From Lama guanicoe (Eukaryota), in assembly GCA_013239625.1 (NCBI GenBank), contig MU056000.1, positions 15,280,851 through 15,344,850 on the forward strand: a DNA stretch of 64,000 nucleotides, written 5' to 3'. A model generated the notes under the pieces. That model was not told the origin of the DNA and did not search any database. It worked only from the letters and a program-made list of their open reading frames with translations. Positions 37,396-51,131 of this stretch are shown here, piece by piece (within the stretch, counting starts at the first letter, position 1; each line of letters opens with the position of its first letter). A program made the translations under genes and the position numbers.

Positions 37396-39051
37396 CCCTC
37401 TCTTAGAAGATTGTTCTCTTGACTCATTTTTCTCTTTCTCTTCTCCAATTATTTTAGGTCTGTCACCACTTGTCTGTGAAACTGCATATTGTTATTTTAC
37501 TGTGAGGTATTATTTGTGTATGCACATCAGAAATAAACTAAAATGTTGTTTGAGCAGAAACAACATAAATCCATCTTAAAATATGACATATGATCATTAA
37601 AGTAATTTCAAGGTAAGGAGCAAATCTTACCATAAATCAAAAACTTCTGCTACGATTCTTAAAGTAATCACATATATAATTAGCTAAAAATACTGCAAAT
37701 GATAAAAAGAATCAATCTGTATGAATCATTTGATGCTGCTCATATTAAATTATAGTTGAATCATGGCTATTTTTGAGGAAACATATGGACAGTCATTAAT
37801 CCTCAATTTTATGTCACAATACTAGTTATAATGGAATAATGTTATTTTCCACTTCATGCTAGTCACTGCTGGAGCAAAGGATTACATATTTACTTCCTCA
37901 CATACATCATTTTTCTTCCCTGAAATATACAACTATCCAAGTATATGGGGAAAAGCTATTCATTATTTATTTGGATAGTTATCCACATCAGTCACTCTTC
38001 TAAAACTCTTTTCCCTCTGTCATTTTTAGAGCTAAAATAATTTATCCGAGAATAATTTAAACTTGATGGTATTATTATATTACAGAGAGGATAATTAGTA
38101 AATTATAACTATAATAATGACCTTGCTAATGTCTGTCATCAATCTGATGGTCTAGCAATACACATAAATTATTAGATTGCCAAAATTAATGTGTTATCTT
38201 GAATCCAAATTTATTTTGCAGTATGAATTGAGTTTCTAATATATGTTGGCCCTGGTCATACATTAGCCCCATCCTCAGGACTGTAATATCCAACACATAC
38301 AAAAGTCTAAATACTTTTCATGTGTGTCAGATAGATTTCATCCTTAAATCCAAAAGATTAGGGTTACAAATATTGATTGATTCTACCCAGGACTATAGAG
38401 CTGTATTATGTCCTGTTGACTATTATTCTTTTATTTATGAGAATGTTTAAACAGTAAATCATAATTTGAGAATAATAAGTCAGATTAAAAAAAAAAGATG
38501 AGAGATTCTCAGAGCTAAGCAATAAAGAATAAAAACTTTGGAGGTAAATTCAAAACCCAAAGAATGAGATTGAAATCTAACTAGACTGTGATACTAGTTT
38601 TGTAACTTCATAGATCTCTTCATTCCTCTAACCTTTATTTTAAAATAATAATTGAGTCAAAGCTGACTGTCAGCTGAGGGAGGCTGACATGGGGTTCTAG
38701 GAGGTGAGTGGCCCAAACGAAAAAATGCAGGAGGAGTTGCCATACCCCCAGACAGACTTGAGTGGGAGACACCATGGGGTTAGCAACACTTTGTTGCCAC
38801 AGGGAGGTGCATGCCTAAGATGCACCTGTCCTGCTTTTATCTGTTTTCTGTCAGCACATGCGTGGTCTGAGTTTCTTTGTTCATCAGGCTTACAGAATAT
38901 CTCTAGCACATACATGCTTCTATTTCCTTTGTTCTAAATCTTATATAATTGACGCATGTGTGGAGCAATTATTTACTGCATGCTACAAACATGCTCTGTA
39001 GTCGTGGCCTTGGGTCCCACGGCCTTAACTCATCTCAAGGCCAGCTCACAC

Positions 39052-39265
39052 TGACATTTTTGAGTGCTCATATACATTAGGCTATGAACTAGGGCCTTAA
39101 ATAAATTGTCTCATTACTGAAAAATCTACATTATAGTCTGCACTATTATTTTCCTTCACATTTTCCAGAAGAGGAAGCAGACTTAAAATTCACAAATTTA
39201 GTAGGGAGCAGAAATAAAAATTTAACTCATTCTAAATGCAGACCCCATGATCTAAACACTGTAAC
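39052..39265 (-). mobile_element. MIR SINE
   Basis: 'catttttgagtgctc', 'cattttccagaagaggaagcagact', 'gaccccatgatctaaacact'. Confidence 0.65.
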
Positions 39266-41189
39266 AAGAGACGAGTGTAAGATATTCATCTCAGAGGGCT
39301 CTTTGAAGCTTTCAAGAAGTTGAATAAAAAGCAGGTAGGTCTCAATTGAGGGGCAGAACACACAGGTACTTGCTCTTCTTCTGTTAAGAGTACCATAAGG
39401 ATGTCCCTGAGACCAGCCCTTTCTAAACTAGAAAGAGTAAATTTATGTGTTAGCCATTGATCTAAGACTAAAATGTCAAACAAAAGGTTCTTCAATTATT
39501 TTTTTTCTCCTGGTACAAATTCTGACAGAGGAGACTCACACGCGTAGCCCACTTGCATTAGCTCTCACTGCACGGCAGGGGTTACTAAATGGGTCAGTAT
39601 GAGAAAGAAATTGTTCTGTAGGAAGGTGAAATCCAGCTGACCTCTGTGCAGGGGAAGTAAGCTGTTCCCTTGACTGAGAAGTCAGCGTCTTCAGCTGTCA
39701 TGTTGACTTCTATTTGGTGACCTACATAAAATCCTCCTGTCTCTTGATGATCTCTCCCAAATTCGCGAAGTTGCATCCTTCTGTTTTGACACTGGACTTC
39801 CATCGTGGCCATGGCCCACCATCTTCTCCACCCCAGTGGCATCCCCTTCGACTATCCTTTATTCTTACACGAGTCACTGGTGTTTTCTTTCTCTTCCTCT
39901 CCATACCCTTTCTAAAGTTTTCTGCGGGATCAATTTGATAATCACATCACCCTGTGCTATTTTGACATCAGGAGCCTGCTTATAATTTTTTTATATAGTA
40001 GTCGTGCCTTTTCCTCTGCATTTCTGCTACAGTAACTCTAGATGTTTTCAAGTTACTTCATTCCCTTCTAATGAAAAAGGAAAGAAAAGGGTGCAGAGAA
40101 GTTATAATAATTAATATTTTAAGATCTTTTTAAAGTAACATAACAAAATCTATGGCTTAACTCTTTCTCATGCTTTTTTCTCACATTCCTGGTGATCTGC
40201 TGATCACATTTTAGCATGTTCTGCATGCAGATGAGCCAGAAGATGTGTACACTGATTCTTCAGACTTGCTACTCTTCCTGCCCACTATTTCTTCTTGTCC
40301 CGTTGTCTCAGTCACTCAGTCTTGAAAACTGATAGTGACACCCTCCATTCTCATTGACCTCATAATTAGTTGGCTAAACTTACAATGATACCTTAATTCT
40401 TTAATCAATTTACATCCTTTCCCCACTCATCTCTTTATCGGATTAATTGTTGCTACTGGAATAATATGTCCCTTATTCTAAATATTATCATAGGCACGCA
40501 GGCACATAATAAAAATGTAAAATAGTCAGAGGAGTTGTGATAAATTAAGATTACTATATTTTCCATACCCTGTTCCCAGTCCAATTTCTCAAACTCAGCT
40601 GTATTTATTTGGACATACCTCCTTATTTGGAAATTACATACTTAAATAATCTTTACTAATTTATCAATTTAACTCATTATCTCTTGATGCTCTTCCAGGA
40701 AAGATGACGATTTAGTTCACAGGTATTCAACTTCATCACTTTTCTTCCCCTCAAATAAAGAAAATTATTATTTTAATCCTTTTATTGAGGGTAATTTTCC
40801 ATTTAAAATATACATTGAATTTGAAGAAGAATTTCACTTGTGCCTTCTATTTTAACATCCTTTTGCCTTCTCTCCCACCCTAGTAGCTTCCTTTATTTTT
40901 AATACTTCTCTTTATTGCTTTTCTTTTCATCAGTACTAGTTCCCACATACTTTTTTCTTTTGCTGAAGTTTGTCCAAATCTCTCTTAATCATTGAAGTTT
41001 TCCTCTCATTCTTTTTTGCTGTTATAAGATTTTCTTTGATATTGTTTTATTGGTGCTTTGGAAAAGAGCAGGGCAGAAGCTTGAAATCAGTCAGCTATCT
41101 TGAAAGATAAGCAGTTGTAATAAACTCTCCAACGTACTTTTTGTTCATAAAACATTCTGTCATCCCCTGGTTTTCCATTGACTGCAACT

Positions 41190-41542
41190 ACTGAAAATCA
41201 GATCCCCAGGAAAGCTGACTCTGAGATGTGGATGTGCATTAAGTTTATTACGGAGCTTGCGCCCAGATAAGCACCTGTGGGAGAAGGGAAGTGATCAGGA
41301 CTGGGCAGGTAAGTTAGGTTGCGAGGCTTTCGCAACAGCTAAGTTGACTCACCGGCGTTATCCTGTACTGTGGTAAAGCGGCCAAATCTTTACAGTCAAC
41401 GCAACCGGTCATCGGATGAGGGCTGCCCCTGGGAAGGAGCGTGATGGATGAGTGCCATCTGCCACCAGCACCCCCAGTAGATGGAAACTTAATTCTCATT
41501 CTTAACGGTGAGTCTGAACCACTCAGCACGATTTCAGCCACA
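41190..41542 (-). mobile_element. LTR16A-like ERVL solo LTR
   Basis: 'gactctgagatg..aagtttatt', 'cacctgtgggagaagggaag..caggactgggcag', 'gtcatcggatgagggctgcccctgggaagg'. Ends 'cagccaca'. Confidence 0.8.
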
Positions 41543-42089
41543 ACCACAAAATCTAAAATCTTGGCCTGGAACTGAAAACTGTCCAGTCTATCCTTAACTT
41601 GTTTATATACTTTTATTTCCCACAACTGCCCAGTATGAATCCAAGAATTCTGGTAAAACTAAGTACACTCTGTTGTTTCATAATCCTCTCTTTTCCTGCC
41701 TTTGACATCTTCTGAGCTCAGCGTCGCTACCATGCTCTTTATACATAAAGCTCTTTCTGATCAGACAAGTTGAAAGGACCATTCCTGTTTCTGAATGCTT
41801 TTAGAATATTGTAACATAGACAAATGTATTTATGGCATTGCCCTGAATTATAATCATTAGAGTATGAATCTTACCTCATCATGAGATTGTAACTTAAGAT
41901 GCTCCATAATGGTCATTAAAATAGTTATTAAATCACTATTAAAATGAGAAACTGTTAAAAAAGGAGTTAAAAACTGAATTATGTAAACAAGGAGATCAGA
42001 TTTGAGCTGGGGTTTCAAATCTTAGTAACTAAACATGACTTTGTTTCCTGGGAATTCTCAGGTTATATGAAGGCTTGTTACTTTGTGGT

Positions 42090-42260
42090 TTACTGGTTAT
42101 GAGGCTCAGGTCACTTGTTCCAATATTTAATTGCTGTGTGACCTTGGATGTATTACCTTTCTGAACATTAGTTTCCCAGTCTTGAAAACATAATAGTCAC
42201 AGGTATATAAGACATTAAATGTGATAACTTTTAAAGGCATCACTTTCTGACAGTTACTGG
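42090..42260 (+). mobile_element. MIR SINE
   Basis: 'gctgtgtgaccttgga..ttaccttt.ctgaac.ttagtttccc' is the MIR core. Confidence 0.7.
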
Positions 42261-42394
42261 TGGAATTCTGCATTAACAATGCAGCATCAAGATTATTAAA
42301 TAAATCATGAATGCTTTCAAAATTGCATTTTGTTCAAATTTGGTAGTTTATTTAGAATATTTATAACTATTTCAGTAATTTAATATGTGCTGCT

Positions 42395-45300
42395 TTTTTA
42401 TTGCAGTAAGAACACAATATGAGTCTGACGTTCTTAACAAATTTTTGAGAGTTTGAAAGTGTTTGAAAAGGATTGACATTAATTTCTCTTTAAATATTTG
42501 GTAGGATTCACCAGTGAAGTCTTCTGGCTATGAGCTATTTTGTTTTTGTTAGAAAGTTTTTGATTACTGATTCAATCTCCTTATTATTTATACGTCTGTT
42601 CAGATTTTCTAGTTCTTAATGATTAAGTCTAGGTAGATTGTATGTTTCTAGGAATGTATTCCTTTATTTTTGTGTCATCAGTTGAATATCTTCCATTTTT
42701 GAAATTTTTATTTGAATCCTCTCCTTTTTTCTTGTTTAATCTAGGTAAAGGTTGATAATTTTATCTTTTCAAATATCCAGTTCTTAATTTTATTGATTTT
42801 TTTCTATTTTCTTTTTTATTTCTCCTCCAATATTTCTTTCCTTCCATCTGCTAACTTTGAGTTTAGTTGATTCTTCCCTTTTAGTCCTCTGAAATACAAA
42901 TTTAGGTTTTTTTATTTGAGATACTTTTTCTTCTCAAATGTAAGCTTTTATTGCTATAATCTTCCCTTTTTAGTACATTTTTTTGCTGTATCCCAAATGT
43001 TTCGGTATGTCATGTTTTGATTTTCATTTGCCTTAATATGTTTTCTAATTTTTCTTTGGATTTTTATTTTACTTATTACTTTTTCAAGAATATGTTGTTC
43101 AATTTCCACGTTTGTGAATTTTTCCAGTTTTCCTGCTGTTATCGATTTCAAGGTTCATTTTGTTGTATTTCAAGAAAATATTTGATATGATATTAATCTT
43201 CTTAAAGTTAAGACTAGTTTTATGACCTAACGTGTGTTCTATTCTAGGGAATGTTTTATGTGCACGTGAAAACAATGTTTATTCTCCTGCTAGTGGGTGG
43301 AATGTCCGCCATGTGTCTCCTAAGTCTTGGTCTACTGTGTTTTTCAAGTCCACTGCTTCCTTGTTGACTTTTTGGCTGAATATTCTCTCTATTATTGAAA
43401 GTGTGGTATTAAAGTGACCCTATTATGATTGTATTGGTATCTATTTCTCCCTTCAGTTCTGTCGTGTTCGCTTTATATATTTAGGTGCTCTGAGGTTGTA
43501 TGCATGCTTACTTATAACTGCTATATTTTCTTGATGAATTGGCCTTTCTGTCATTATATAATTACAGTCTTTGGTGATAATTTTTAACTTAAGACATATT
43601 TTGTCTGGTATATGTGTATCCACTACTGTGCTTTTTTGTTACCATTTGCATGGAATGCCTTTTCGTATTTCTTCACTTTCAGCCTATGTGTGTCCTTATC
43701 CAAAGTGATTCAGTATCACAGAGTTGGGTCTTCTTTTTTTAACCCATTCAGCCAATCTGTGTCCTTTGAATTTAATCTACTTACATTCAGAATAATTACT
43801 GATAGGTGAGGACTCACTATTGCCATTTTATTATTTTCTGTCTATCTCAGAGTCCTTGCATTTCTCTTTTCCTCTCTCACTGTCTTTCTTTGTAAGTTCT
43901 TGATTTTTTTTTATTTTTCTTGGAGAGATAATGTTATGCTTTGATTCCTTTCTCTTTTCTTTTATGTATCTTCTGTAAGTTGTGTGTATGTGTGTGGTTA
44001 CCATGAGGCTTACAAAAGACATCTTAGAGATATAAAGTCTATTTTAAGCTGATTACAACTTAACTTCAATCAAATACAAAAACTATACATTTTTACTTCT
44101 CTTCTTTACACACGTTTTATATTGTTAATACCAAAGTCACATATTTTATATTGTATATTGATGAACATTTCATAATTATAACAATGCTTTTGCGTTTTAA
44201 CTTTCATAGTACAATTAAAACCACCATCACATTATTACAGCGGTCTGTATTTGTCTATATATTTTCCATTACCAGAGAGTGTGATACTCTTTTGTTACTG
44301 TTTATTTACTCTTGCTCCTGTGACACCCTAAGGATTCCTTCACTTTTTCATCCTTTTTTTTCTTTCTGCTCCTCTGACTGGATGACAAATGACCTGTCTT
44401 TGTATTCACTCATTCTTTCTTCTGCTTGATTACGTCCGATGCTGAACTCCTCTAGTGAGCTTTTCAGTTCAGTTACTGTAGTCTGCAGATCTAGAATTAT
44501 ATTTAGTGCTTTTTCATAGAGCATTTATTTCTTCTGCTGACCTTCTCACCCTGCTTGTGTATTGTTTTCCATCTGTGTTTTCTTGTAACTCACTGAGCTT
44601 CTTTAAGGTGATTATATTGAATTTTTAAAATATAACTTACAGAGCTCCATTTTTTTAGGCTTGGTCACTGGAGATTTATTTTGATTATTTTAATGGGTCA
44701 TATTGTTGACCTAATTCTTTGTGTTCTTTGTAGATTTCCATCAGTATTTGTGTATTTGAAGGTACCATTCTTCTAGTCTTTATAGAATGGCTTCATGAGG
44801 GAATGGCCTTCACCAATCAGCCCAGCTGGAGTTTTGGGGGACCTCTCAAGCCTCCTCTATGGATATATCTTTTCTGGATTTTTGCATTTTTATTACTAAT
44901 TAGACAGAATTTTTTTCAAGAGCCTGTAATCATTTGCACCCTCAGGTTTCTGACTGTTTCACCACAGGCGTGGCTGTTGGAGGAGACTCTACTCCAGTGT
45001 AAGGGAGCAGCCTTGGGTTCTGTGCCTTCTGCTACTCTCACAGGGCTGTGCCAGCTGCAGCCAGCTGCCTTCTGCTTTCCTGTGCTCTCAGCTGTCCCCA
45101 GACACCCATACTATGCCAGTTCTGTCAACTCTCTCAGTGAGGCTAAGCAAAAATTGGTTTTTCAGGCAGTCCTGGGACACAGGAGCCACTCCCTACACCT
45201 TTTTCTCTCCAGGGAGAAGTCACTGGCAGTGATGATTTCTCTTGGTTTTGAGTTGAGCCAGCGTGGGGTAGGGACTGAACTGATGCCAGTAAAGTGAAAC

Positions 45301-45485
45301 TGCTTTTCTTGCCTTTTAAATAAGACTGGTCACAGTCAGTGTTGTGCTCATCTGGGCTATTACAACCTCTTCACTGGAATCTGAATTTCTCCTAAAGCTG
45401 TTGTGGTCTGTATATGGTTAACTCAGTTCTTCCGTGGGAAAAATAGGGCTACGACTTAACTATTTCACAATCTTGTTGTCATTAC
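42395..45485 (-). mobile_element. Internally deleted LINE-1 (L1M2/M3-type 5' end, ORF1 remnant, ORF2 endonuclease/linker, L1MA8/9-type 3'UTR stub)
   Basis: The minus ORF 42954-43151 gives ...IRKHIKANENQNMTYRNIWDTAK, versus ORF2p IKKYLETNENENTTYQNLWDAAK. The 5' terminus is 'ctatttcacaatcttgttgtcat' (reverse of caagatggcggaatag). The 3' stub is 'gtaagaacacaatatgag..cttaacaaatttt'. Confidence 0.85.
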
Positions 45486-45769
45486 ACATTGCATAATAAA
45501 TACCTTTGAGTCATTATCTTCATTTTCTATATTTAGGGTAATTTATGAAAATAATCTTAAGAGGAAAAGGTAGCAAATAACCTACATCCCTCTTACCGTT
45601 TCAGTCAGCAGTAGTCACCTAGTACAGCAGGAAGAAAAAGATCATAGCAAATTAGCAACATCCGCTGTGGTCATGGACTAAGGGCAGAGTAACACATACA
45701 TCTGCTATTTGCTATTTTCCTGAAGAAATGCTACCTATAAATGTGTCTTGCTAAAACGATAATGATTAT

Positions 45770-46025
45770 GACAATAGTATTATGATATCTCGCTGACAGT
45801 GAATACTTTCTGTGTGATAAGGTTTGGATAAGCAATGTGATAAGGACTTAGCTAAGTTCTTTACATGTGGGGTCTGACACATTTACTTCTCATGATGAGT
45901 CGGGAACTATTGCACCCATTTACCCTTGGGATTTGTAAAGTTGAGAAAGATTAAATAAGAACAAAGTCACAAAACTAGCAATGTTCAAATCCAAGTTTGT
46001 TTTTGTAATACGCACCATTTCACCT
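45770..46025 (-). mobile_element. MIR SINE (degenerate)
   Basis: 'gctaagttctttacatg', 'actattgcacccattt', 'aaagtcacaaaactag..ttcaaatccaagtttg'. Confidence 0.55.
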
Positions 46026-46574
46026 ACCGGATAACAGCATGTACCTAAGTGGTGTTTTAAGGTTTTTAAAGTACTTTTTCTGTAATCCACCTCATTTATC
46101 ATGTGAGCGACCATAATGGCGTTGTGGTTGACAGGACAGATGATAACACTCATCTGACTTGTCAAAGAAGATCAGAGGCTTTCCTTCAATTGATATGCAT
46201 ACTGCCTGAGCCAGAAGCAAGTTGATATAATGGAGTCAGAAGTTAGACACATTATTAACTTACTCATTCACTCACCTTCCATGCAAATATGCCTTGAATG
46301 TCTTTTGTGTCACAGGCACTGAGCTTCAATTCTCTGCCTCTGTTTTAGCGTAGGATGTTTAGCAGTTTAGTACTTCATGATTTTATAATATAAGAGCAAG
46401 GGATACCTATTTAAACAGTTCCAGTTACAGATTTTAACTAACACATGATTTGATTATTAGAAAATTATCCCTTATACATAGTTGCCATTAATCTCCTAAT
46501 AATCTTTTAATTTTAAAATCGTGACCTAAAATCCCCACACTATTTATTTAGTTCTCATTCTTTGCTAGATAATA

Positions 46575-46790
46575 ATCAAAGCACTTTTAGATAGAAGAAC
46601 ATATTTAATCCTCATAGTAACTCAATAATGTCGTTACTCTCATTGTCATTTTTTTTTCTTTTTGCAGCTTTACAGCCGAAGCACAGAGAAGTTAAGTGAC
46701 TTTTTCCAAGATTACACACTTTAAAAGTGGTAGTTTTTATTCTAACCCAGAGATTCTGTTTCCAAAGCATACTTGTAGCCACAATTTATG
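46575..46790 (-). mobile_element. MIR SINE
   Basis: 'atttaatcctcatagtaact' and 'gaagcacagagaagttaagtgactt..tccaagattacaca'. Confidence 0.75.
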
Positions 46791-48263
46791 ATGCATCATA
46801 ATGTTGTTCTGAGGGTCATATTAAACTGGTTACTAAATGCAACATACCTAATAAAAAGTCTTAGACGTAGTATATATTCAATAAATGTAAATATCCTTCC
46901 CTTGTGAGCCTAGGTTTTATTACTGCAAAGCTGTGCTACTTTTAGTATGCGGCTCTGCCTCTATAAATAGTGACAGAAAGGAATGCTGTGTCAGAGGGAT
47001 TCTAAACAAAGGATCATATAATTTATATCCCAAAAATAGTCAAGGAGAGAATGTGACTTCCTGTAAGGAAACAATTCCCCTATAGCCTTTTTTTCCCCTC
47101 TCCTGTCTGCATCTTTATACTATCAGGTCATTGAGTATGATTTCACAGACTTGTGTTCATACAAAATTTCAAATCTGGATAGTTAACGAAGCAATAAATT
47201 ATTTAGCTGAAAAGAAAAAGCAATATATATTCCCATTCTATACTGAAACATCTTTGAAATGAGGTAAATTTGATAGAGAATTTAAGTCTTTTCACTTATG
47301 GTTAATTGCCTACTTATTCAGAACGTATTTGAATTCAGGATACAAAAACATGTAACATATTACTATAGTTTTCATTCTTTGAAAATCAGGGTAATTCACA
47401 TTTTCCTTCTTGTATATTTATTTTTGGAATTATTTATGGTGGTTGTACACTTCCTTCACTGCTGTCTGCCAAAGACCTGTTTCCTTAGGAAAAGGGACGC
47501 TGACAATTGCAACATAATTCCAAGAGCCCTAAAATATTCTCAGACTGCTCCAAGATGTAAATCCCTTTAGTAGCCCAGTGGAGACCAGATCACTTCAGTA
47601 AAGTCAGCAAGAAGCAATGCTTCTTTTCCCACTGTGTTCTTTAGCTGTGTAACAAGTTGAAAGATGCCATGTCATCCATGAAAATGGGATCAGAGCCTGC
47701 TTAATTCTTCTAAAACATGTTTTGAAAGAACCATAATGTTTCACTTCTCTGATTTTCTCTACCAAAGAATAAATTACAAATACTGTTCTGCTCCATACAA
47801 GCTAAAAGCTCCCCCTACTGTTGAAGAAACTATTAAGAAAATATCCTCCAATTTCAGCTTCTTGATCAAATCCAACAAGCAAGACTTTGTCCCACTGGTA
47901 GGACTAAAATGGGGGGAAAATAAAGAGGGGGGTTCAACCTGCCATAGTCATTCAAGGATTACTTTCATTGAATATGAGAAAGGTGCTCTAATATTTTGTT
48001 CCCTCAGTCTGCATTTTTTCACCATGCTAAATAGGATCCCAGAATTGAAAGATACCCCATTTTTAATCATGTATCTCTGCAATGAAAGTCAGTTCCTCTG
48101 CTGCTCAAAACACACGAAAAATTATCTGTTCTAAATGCTAGAGGAAAAAGCATATTTTGGATATAATGAATAAATATACACATAAATACGACACAATATA
48201 GAACTTAAAGGTCAGGTTTTGAGGACAAATAGTGGAATCATTTAAGGATTTATGGGATGGCCT

Positions 48264-48712
48264 TGTTTCTTACGCTGGATTCCTTCAGAAGTAGACCCAG
48301 GGATGACGATTTGGAGTGCAATTGATTTATTTGAAAAGAATCAGGAAGCAATAGATGAGAATGGAAAAGGAGAAGAGATAGATATAAGCCAAGAAAGGGT
48401 GCTTCATTAAACGGGTTATTGCTGTTGATGAGTGAGACTTTTCATGCTGTCAAGTTCAGAGAGATACAGCACACACCTCAGGGTTACAGTCTTGGGGGCA
48501 AGAAAGTCAACTCTCCATCTGCCATGGACTGATGGTTCCTACATGACTCAGGCCGTTAATTCTAGGACCCTCCAAGCTTACCTGGAACAGGTGACACACC
48601 TGCTCAAGCCCAGCAATAAAGCCATCAGAGAGCCACAGGTGTCTGCAGGAAGCGGCTTTGTGGTATCTAGATTTGAGTTTGATGGGGACATGGTCTCAAC
48701 ATCAACAGCTAC
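48264..48712 (-). mobile_element. LTR16C/E-like ERVL LTR
   Basis: 'ctggattccttcagaagtagaccc..gatttggagtgcaa..tttatttg', 'cacacctcagggtta', 'aaagccatcag...gcaggaagc'. Confidence 0.65.
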
Positions 48713-49776
48713 TTCGATTAAAAAGATACATAAAATTATTGAAAAGCCTTTTTATTCCTTCTATACAGAATCATACTGATCATGGCAACTTGAGATTTCT
48801 TTTTTTTTAGCTTTTAGCAGTTTGTTCACCCAAAATTGGAGGTTCTCAGTCCATTTGCACCAGGGCAGTGAGACTTCTCAGGAAGCTTTGTGGATTGTGG
48901 GTTGAGACACATGGGGGCTCAGTAAAGCAAAGGACATCATGAATACTACATAGAGACACCAGCCAAAGAGCTATTTTTGTTGTTCTCATGCAGTTGTCGT
49001 CTTGTTTTTTTGATCTGGAGGGTAATTGTTCATATATTTCTGGCCATTGCTGAACTGAAGAGACTAACCCTGCTGACACTGTAGCCAGATAAATGTCTCC
49101 AACAAAGGTAAAATTATCACTTGAACTTGTCTGCAGGTGCTAACAATGCTTCACTGTATTTGAAATAAAAAAAAAAGCCCCTATAAACTTAGCATAAGTG
49201 CTTCTCAGTGACTTCAAAATTTCTCTTAAGGAAGAGTTTGACACTGAATGTAAGAAAGGTGGCTGTCATTGTCCATTACGAATTTTAAGAAGTCATCTCT
49301 AGTTTATTCTAAATTCAATCTTCACTGCCTGTACTAGTGAATTTTCACATGGAATAGAAAGATTTTTATTGATAGCATCGGCTAGGGAACAAATAGCTCA
49401 GTCAAACTGGTGACAGCAATTTTATTTTAAACTCTGTGTTTCATACTGTAATAGACTATTTTAAATAGGATAAATAGTACATTTTTGTTCAGAACAAAAA
49501 AATATATGTTACTCTCTATGTTATATGTTGTAGATATTCGAAAGTATTTAGGAACTTCAGATATTCTTTATGGATCCTTGAATAAAATATTCTCATCCTA
49601 GAAATGAGTCTCACTTGAGCTTTAGTGAGCCTGGGGTTGAGTTTAGTTCACCAGCTTAAAAATAGTATGTTTAAAGGGGTGAATTATATAGGCGCTTGAT
49701 TTGAAAAAAATATGTATTTTTTATCAAAATGATTCAATTTCCAATTCCAATTCTGATGAAGGGAGGGAAGTCAAAA

Positions 49777-50388
49777 GTCTCCAAACCACCAAGCAATTCG
49801 CTGATACCAGCTGAGTGTCCTGCAATTCAACTTAATTCTGACACTATCTTCATGGAGATAGTGTCTGATTCCAGAGGTTAAGGGCTCAGTGCCACAAAGA
49901 CTGGCCCCTTCACATGCATGAGATGCCAAGACTAGATTTTTACCCGTGCTTCTGACCAACTTGATATAGATCAAGCTTCCAATGACCCATCCTTGGTTCT
50001 AGAGCAGCTCACAGTACTGAGGGAAACATTTTACTGACTAGATCGCCTTTTTATTTTTTTCAATAAAAGGGTCAAATTCTAGAACAGTCAGATAGAAGAG
50101 AAGATTGAGACAGGGTATGGGGAGAAGGCAAGGAGCATCCATGTCCTCTCCCAGCTCACTGCTCTCCCAAATCTCCACGTACTCATCCACCAGGAGGCGC
50201 TCCAAACCTTGTCCCTTTGGATTTTTATGGAGGTTTCATTATGCATGCATGACTGATTAAACCACGGGCACTGGTGATTGGCTCCACCTTCAGCCTCTCT
50301 CCCCTCCCAGGAAGTCAGGGGAATAGGACTGAAAGTTCCAGCTCTCTAATCACGTGTCTCCCAGCAACTGGACCCCCATCCTTACATA
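49777..50388 (-). mobile_element. MER21-family LTR
   Basis: 'caccaagcaattc..accagctgagtgtcctgcaattcaacttaattctgacactatc..ggagatag..aggttaagggctcagt' and 'tttttatggaggtttcatta...ccttcagcctctctcccctcccaggaagtcagggg..gactgaaagttcca'. Confidence 0.88.
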
Positions 50389-50849
50389 AGATGACAAAGT
50401 CCTCCTCTCTCTGTAGTCCTGAGGAAAGCACAAATACAAAAGCCCTCTGCCTCATGTTCTGTTCTTTGAAGAATTTAGTATATGAATAAAGAGCATAGAA
50501 GAACTTTATGAACAATAGTTTACAAATATTGCCAATATTTTTCTTAACCCATGTTAATATTTATGTGACCTAGTAATAAAGGGCAAAGGGAAAAAAGCAC
50601 AAGCATTTGGGGGGTGGTGGAGTGAAAACAAGAGATTAAATTTTCCATCATGACTCTGCCCTGTACTAGTTGGGTAATATTGGGAAAAAATGAATCTTTT
50701 GAGTCACAGATATCAGCTGTGTAGAGTGGAATTGATATTCTGTATGTTGCATATATAGCTGATCATTCAACAGAAATTTGTGATTTTCCTTCCACAGTGT
50801 GTAGTTAATGGGAATCAGCTGCTCACCAGGGCCTCTATTTCTTAGATCC

Positions 50850-51131
50850 AGATACAACCACAAGACTTGTTTCTCTCATTCCAAGTGAAGATGTGTGACA
50901 CTTTTAGACTAGAGTTTACAGCAACAGGGCATCAGCACCATCTTCTTCACCTTCCGCTAGCTGGGTGCTGTGGACCAGTGAACAGCAGAGCAATAAAATA
51001 AAGGAGCCTGGGTGGAAAAAAGACTCACTAACCAAGATTACCTGCACAGAAGCATTACATGTGCTAGAAAATAACATGTCTATGTAACACTTCTGAAATT
51101 TGGGATTTCATTTACCCCGCTTCTCTAATAG
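50850..51131 (+). mobile_element. Old MLT1/LTR33-like LTR 3' part
   Basis: 'gcagagcaa..aaaggagcctgggt', 'catgtgctagaaaataac' and 'ctgaaatttgggatt'. Confidence 0.5.

Noticed and set aside
44803..45297. 164-aa ORF on the + strand
   Set aside because: It lies antisense within the decayed L1 5' region and has no recognisable domain.
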